Positions 17,194 through 20,000 of a DNA stretch of 20,000 bases are shown here, one piece after another. The DNA is from an uncultured virus (IMG/VR IMGVR_UViG_3300017940_000146) (lineage: Duplodnaviria > Heunggongvirae > Uroviricota > Caudoviricetes), in the IMG/VR virus record IMGVR_UViG_3300017940_000146, one strand, 5' to 3'. How positions within the stretch are numbered: the stretch's first letter is position 1; the number at the start of each line of letters is the position of its first letter. The notes beneath the pieces were generated by a model, which was not told where the DNA came from, did not search any database, and saw nothing but the letters and a program-made list of their open reading frames with translations. Both the position numbers and the translations under genes were made by a program.

Positions 17194-17712
17194 ATGAATT
17201 TAAATAAAAAATTCCAATCTTTTTTAAAAGAAGATAATACAAATCCTTCAATCCCGTCACCTGGCAATGTGGTGACGGGATTGAATACTTCTGAACAAGA
17301 AGCTTTATTACGGCATATTAATAGTGTATTGGTTGGCATTGCTGAAGCACCATCAATTAATCCATATTATCAATTAGATCGGGTAAGAGAACGTTTGAAA
17401 TTGGCATTAGGATTAACATTTGACGATGTTTGGTTTTTAAAAGAAGTTGGGTCATTTGAAAAAGTATTAGTTCCTCATAATAATTTAAATGCTGCTACTC
17501 CTGCATTTAGAACCACTAATGATCAAACAACAAGTCCAGGAGTTCATACACATGCGCCTGCTCCCGGTGGAGATGTAATTGATAATGGGTATTTAAATAA
17601 ATTTCCTCATGGGTTGGTACTTAAAGTCCAATATTTAAAAAGTAAAACATTATGGTATATAAATGTTGAAATTGTTCCGGCCCCCGATCTTCCTAAAGGA
17701 ACAATTGCTTAA
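17194..17712 (+). CDS. Hypothetical protein with capsid-targeting-like N-terminus
   Basis: AAGGGTG RBS; MNLNKKFQSFLKE. Confidence 0.7.
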   Translation: MNLNKKFQSFLKEDNTNPSIPSPGNVVTGLNTSEQEALLRHINSVLVGIAEAPSINPYYQLDRVRERLKLALGLTFDDVWFLKEVGSFEKVLVPHNNLNAATPAFRTTNDQTTSPGVHTHAPAPGGDVIDNGYLNKFPHGLVLKVQYLKSKTLWYINVEIVPAPDLPKGTIA

Positions 17713-17716
17713 TGTA

Positions 17717-17723
17717 CTAAATA
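17717..17723 (+). promoter_or_regulatory. T4-type late promoter (CTAAATA)
   Basis: Intergenic, 7 nt before ATG 17731; same geometry as at 8853. Confidence 0.55.
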
Positions 17724-17730
17724 ATTATGA

Positions 17731-18147
17731 ATGATTGATAAAGAGAATTTAACTAATAATAACTTTCTTGAATATGCCATGTCTTCATATATCCATTTTT
17801 GTTGGCGTGGCATATCAGAATTTTATTATGATTTATTAAAAATCAAATATTTGAAACGCCTGTTTCGAAAATATAACGAAATTGGGGAAATTGATGATGC
17901 AAGGCTTAGATTGGCATTAAATCATTTGATTGTTTTTTATAATTTGTTTCCCATTCAAGTGGCCACAAGAATTTTATTTTTTAAATTAGAACCTGCTCTT
18001 TATCCTATACTAAAAACTTTTTTAATTTTCTTAAATTATCAACCTGCAATAGTTCATGGAATTAATGGGAAAGATATTGTATCCAAAAAAATTATTATTC
18101 ATGATGATATCTTAGAAAGATTAAAAACTTTGGGGAAATTATGTTAG
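17731..18147 (+). CDS. Conserved hypothetical protein of T4-like phages
   Basis: NF..YAM..Y...EF..DL..IKYLKRL..KY...RL.LNHLI..YN.F...RILFFK pattern, recalled from T4-like genomes upstream of primase. Confidence 0.72.
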   Translation: MIDKENLTNNNFLEYAMSSYIHFCWRGISEFYYDLLKIKYLKRLFRKYNEIGEIDDARLRLALNHLIVFYNLFPIQVATRILFFKLEPALYPILKTFLIFLNYQPAIVHGINGKDIVSKKIIIHDDILERLKTLGKLC

Positions 18148-18692
18148 AATATTATTTGATGCTCCAAATGATTAATTTACTTGTTAAACCCTGGACAGAA
18201 ATGCCAGCGTATAAGCTTGGTATAATTGATGCTCGTGGAAAAGTATTAAAGAAAACTCATCAATTAAAAACCGCTACTGAAAAAGTTGCATACGGAACAT
18301 TTCAAAAATTTTGTTTTAATTTACGACGTTTTATAGAATCTCTTCCTGGTGGGAAAACAAAATTAGCCAAATATTTAACAATTTATGCTTTATTCAAAGA
18401 ATCTGAAGATACGATGGATTCAATGTTTATAGAAGAATTTGGTAATATGAATATTAATGAAGCTTTTGAGGAAGATTTATTAATATCTAAAACAATTTTA
18501 TATAAAGGAATATATCGATTAATAAATGATATGTTGGATAATAAAGGTAAGATAGTTAAAAAAGGAAATTTTATAACTGTACCAATAGATCAAAAACCAC
18601 AAATGGTTTTATTTAATAAACCAATTTTTGAAGTAGAATATAAAAATCAAAAATTGTTAGTATCAACAGATGATATTTCGGATGATGTATGA
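18141..18692 (+). CDS. Conserved hypothetical protein of T4-like phages
   Basis: KPW...AYKLGIID..GK.LKK...EK.AY..F...FNLRR pattern. Confidence 0.72.
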   Translation: MLEYYLMLQMINLLVKPWTEMPAYKLGIIDARGKVLKKTHQLKTATEKVAYGTFQKFCFNLRRFIESLPGGKTKLAKYLTIYALFKESEDTMDSMFIEEFGNMNINEAFEEDLLISKTILYKGIYRLINDMLDNKGKIVKKGNFITVPIDQKPQMVLFNKPIFEVEYKNQKLLVSTDDISDDV

Positions 18693-18898
18693 AAAAATTT
18701 AAACAACTCAAAGAAGATATAGGACTTTCAACTGGGGCTGGAATGGCTATGTATGATCCAATGTTAGGTGGAACAAGACGCCAAGTAAAACCATGGAATG
18801 TTTATAAATCTTTAGGTGTTTGTGAAGAATGTATGCTTCCTATGCGTTTAAAGGAAGGTGAAATGACTTGCCCTGGATGTAATAAAATTTTAAAATAA
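18689..18898 (+). CDS. Small zinc-ribbon protein with capsid-targeting-like leader
   Basis: MKKFKQLKE leader; CEEC...CPGC; ATGA overlap with the upstream gene. Confidence 0.65.
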   Translation: MKKFKQLKEDIGLSTGAGMAMYDPMLGGTRRQVKPWNVYKSLGVCEECMLPMRLKEGEMTCPGCNKILK

Positions 18899-18901
18899 TA
18901 C

Positions 18902-18930
18902 TTGACATTCCATACAACATTTGATATAAT
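18902..18930 (+). promoter_or_regulatory. Consensus sigma70 promoter with extended -10
   Basis: TTGACA (18902-18907), 17-nt spacer, TGaTATAAT (-10 at 18925-18930). Confidence 0.88.
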
Positions 18931-18940
18931 AGAAGAATAA

Positions 18941-19079
18941 GGGCAGTTTAAAAAACAAGAGCTACGCTGCCTGCGTAGATTTCTGGTGAAATCAGACTTG
19001 GTCGTCAAGTTAAGCATTCTTTGGACCGTGTTGTTCGTATGGCTTTTATGCGGTTGATTTCTTAATTTTTGAACTGCCC
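18941..19079 (+). ncRNA. Putative structured RNA (cis-regulatory leader or sRNA) upstream of primase
   Basis: 14-bp closing helix 18941-18954/19066-19079 enclosing four candidate hairpins; several G-U pairs work only on the + strand. Confidence 0.6.
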
Positions 19080-19091
19080 CGCGAATTCTAA

Positions 19092-20000
19092 ATGTCTCTT
19101 TATATTGACCATAAATACGTTGCATTTATTTCTCCTCAATTAGAACGATTCAAACGTAAAAATCAAAAAACCTATAATTTTCGTTGTCCTATTTGTGGTG
19201 ATTCAGCTAAAAGTAAAATTAAAGCCCGTGGTTACTTTTATGTAAAAAATAATGATATATTTTTTTGTTGCCATAATTGTCATAAAAATTGGACATTAGG
19301 TCACTTCTTAAAAGAAATTGACCAAAATTTGTATGAACAATATACATTTGAAAAGTATAAGGATGTAAAAAAAGACCATGAAGATTTTTCAGAATTTAAA
19401 ACCACTACAGAATTTCATCAAATACCACATGACGAATCTGATTCTATTCTGGATAGTTACGATTGTATTGATAAGTTACCTTCCAATCATTTTGCTAAAG
19501 AATATCTCATTAAAAGGAAAATACCAGAATTTTTTTGGCGAAGCATATTCTTTATTCCAAATTTTAAGCAATTAGTAAACAAAATAGAACCAGAAAATGA
19601 ATATGGATTAAAAGAACAAGATCCAAGACTTGTTATTCCATTTTATAATAAAGAAAATAAACTTATTGCTTTCCAAGGTCGCTCATTTAATAAAACTGGA
19701 ATGCGATATATAACTATTAAAGTTGATAAAGAAGCTCCAAAAATTTATGGATTAGATAGGGTGAATTTAGATAAATGTGTTTACGTTGTTGAAGGACCTT
19801 TTGATTCTATGTTCCTTTCAAATGCAATAGCAACCGCAGGATCTAATTTGGCATCCAAAGAATTGGAATTTAAAGATAGTGTTTTTATTTTTGATAATGA
19901 AAAGAGATCAAAGGAAATAGTTAAACAAATGGAAAAAGTTATTAATGAAGGCAGAAAAATTTGTATCTGGCCAGATACAATTCAAGAAAAAGATATTAAC
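19092..20000 (+). CDS. 61: DNA primase (T4 gp61-like), 3'-truncated by the window edge
   Basis: Not in the ORF track because it has no stop in the window. MSLYIDHKYV...NFRCPICGDS...ARGY...CHNC zinc finger, RLVIPF, FQGR, TOPRIM VEGPFDSMFL, FDNE. Confidence 0.96.
   Translation, partial: MSLYIDHKYVAFISPQLERFKRKNQKTYNFRCPICGDSAKSKIKARGYFYVKNNDIFFCCHNCHKNWTLGHFLKEIDQNLYEQYTFEKYKDVKKDHEDFSEFKTTTEFHQIPHDESDSILDSYDCIDKLPSNHFAKEYLIKRKIPEFFWRSIFFIPNFKQLVNKIEPENEYGLKEQDPRLVIPFYNKENKLIAFQGRSFNKTGMRYITIKVDKEAPKIYGLDRVNLDKCVYVVEGPFDSMFLSNAIATAGSNLASKELEFKDSVFIFDNEKRSKEIVKQMEKVINEGRKICIWPDTIQEKDIN

Noticed and set aside
18941..19079. tRNA or CRISPR interpretation of the structured region
   Set aside because: No T-loop GTTCRA in a tRNA context, no 7-bp acceptor/CCA geometry, too long; no repeat-spacer periodicity.
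19111..19118. CATAAATA late-promoter-like sequence
   Set aside because: It lies inside the primase coding start (His-Lys-Tyr codons) with no downstream gene start; likely chance in AT-rich DNA.
18802..19125. 106-aa minus-strand ORF across the primase upstream region
   Set aside because: It overlaps two + strand genes and a consensus promoter; the structured RNA explains the region better.
12257..19575. Alternative-frame or antisense ORFs at 12257-12451, 12295-12486, 13929-14165, 13957-14364, 16749-17024 and 19378-19575
   Set aside because: Nested in stronger genes (the last lies inside primase); composition reflects the main frame.
1..20000. Stop-codon reassignment
   Set aside because: Core genes are full length in the standard code, and TAA, TGA and TAG all end genes at sensible positions.

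Overview
AT-rich segment of a T4-like myovirus genome, almost entirely + strand, standard genetic code. The left half is the replication block: the 3' part of a family B DNA polymerase (gp43), a putative dATP/dGTP diphosphohydrolase, an HNH endonuclease, an HD hydrolase, UvsX, an accessory insert (DNA methyltransferase, PD-(D/E)xK-like protein, hypotheticals), a gp40-like gene and the gp41 helicase. The right half has a 692-aa ParB/HExxH/nuclease-like protein, a ligase-fold protein, a cytidylyltransferase-like protein, an antisense GIY-YIG homing endonuclease, a late cluster of probable head-packaged and virion proteins, and the 5' part of the gp61 primase. Most notable: (1) a ~140-nt multi-branched, G-U-rich RNA structure between a consensus sigma70 promoter and the primase start; (2) a methyltransferase ending in nearly the same putative sliding-clamp peptide as the polymerase (DIDKFF vs DMDKFF); (3) a C4 zinc-ribbon insert in the polymerase next to two dNTP-degrading enzyme candidates; (4) modular late proteins with T4-type capsid-targeting and Glu-cleavage signals; (5) repeated leaderless promoter-ATG geometry. 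All family assignments come from motif recognition by eye; no searches were run.
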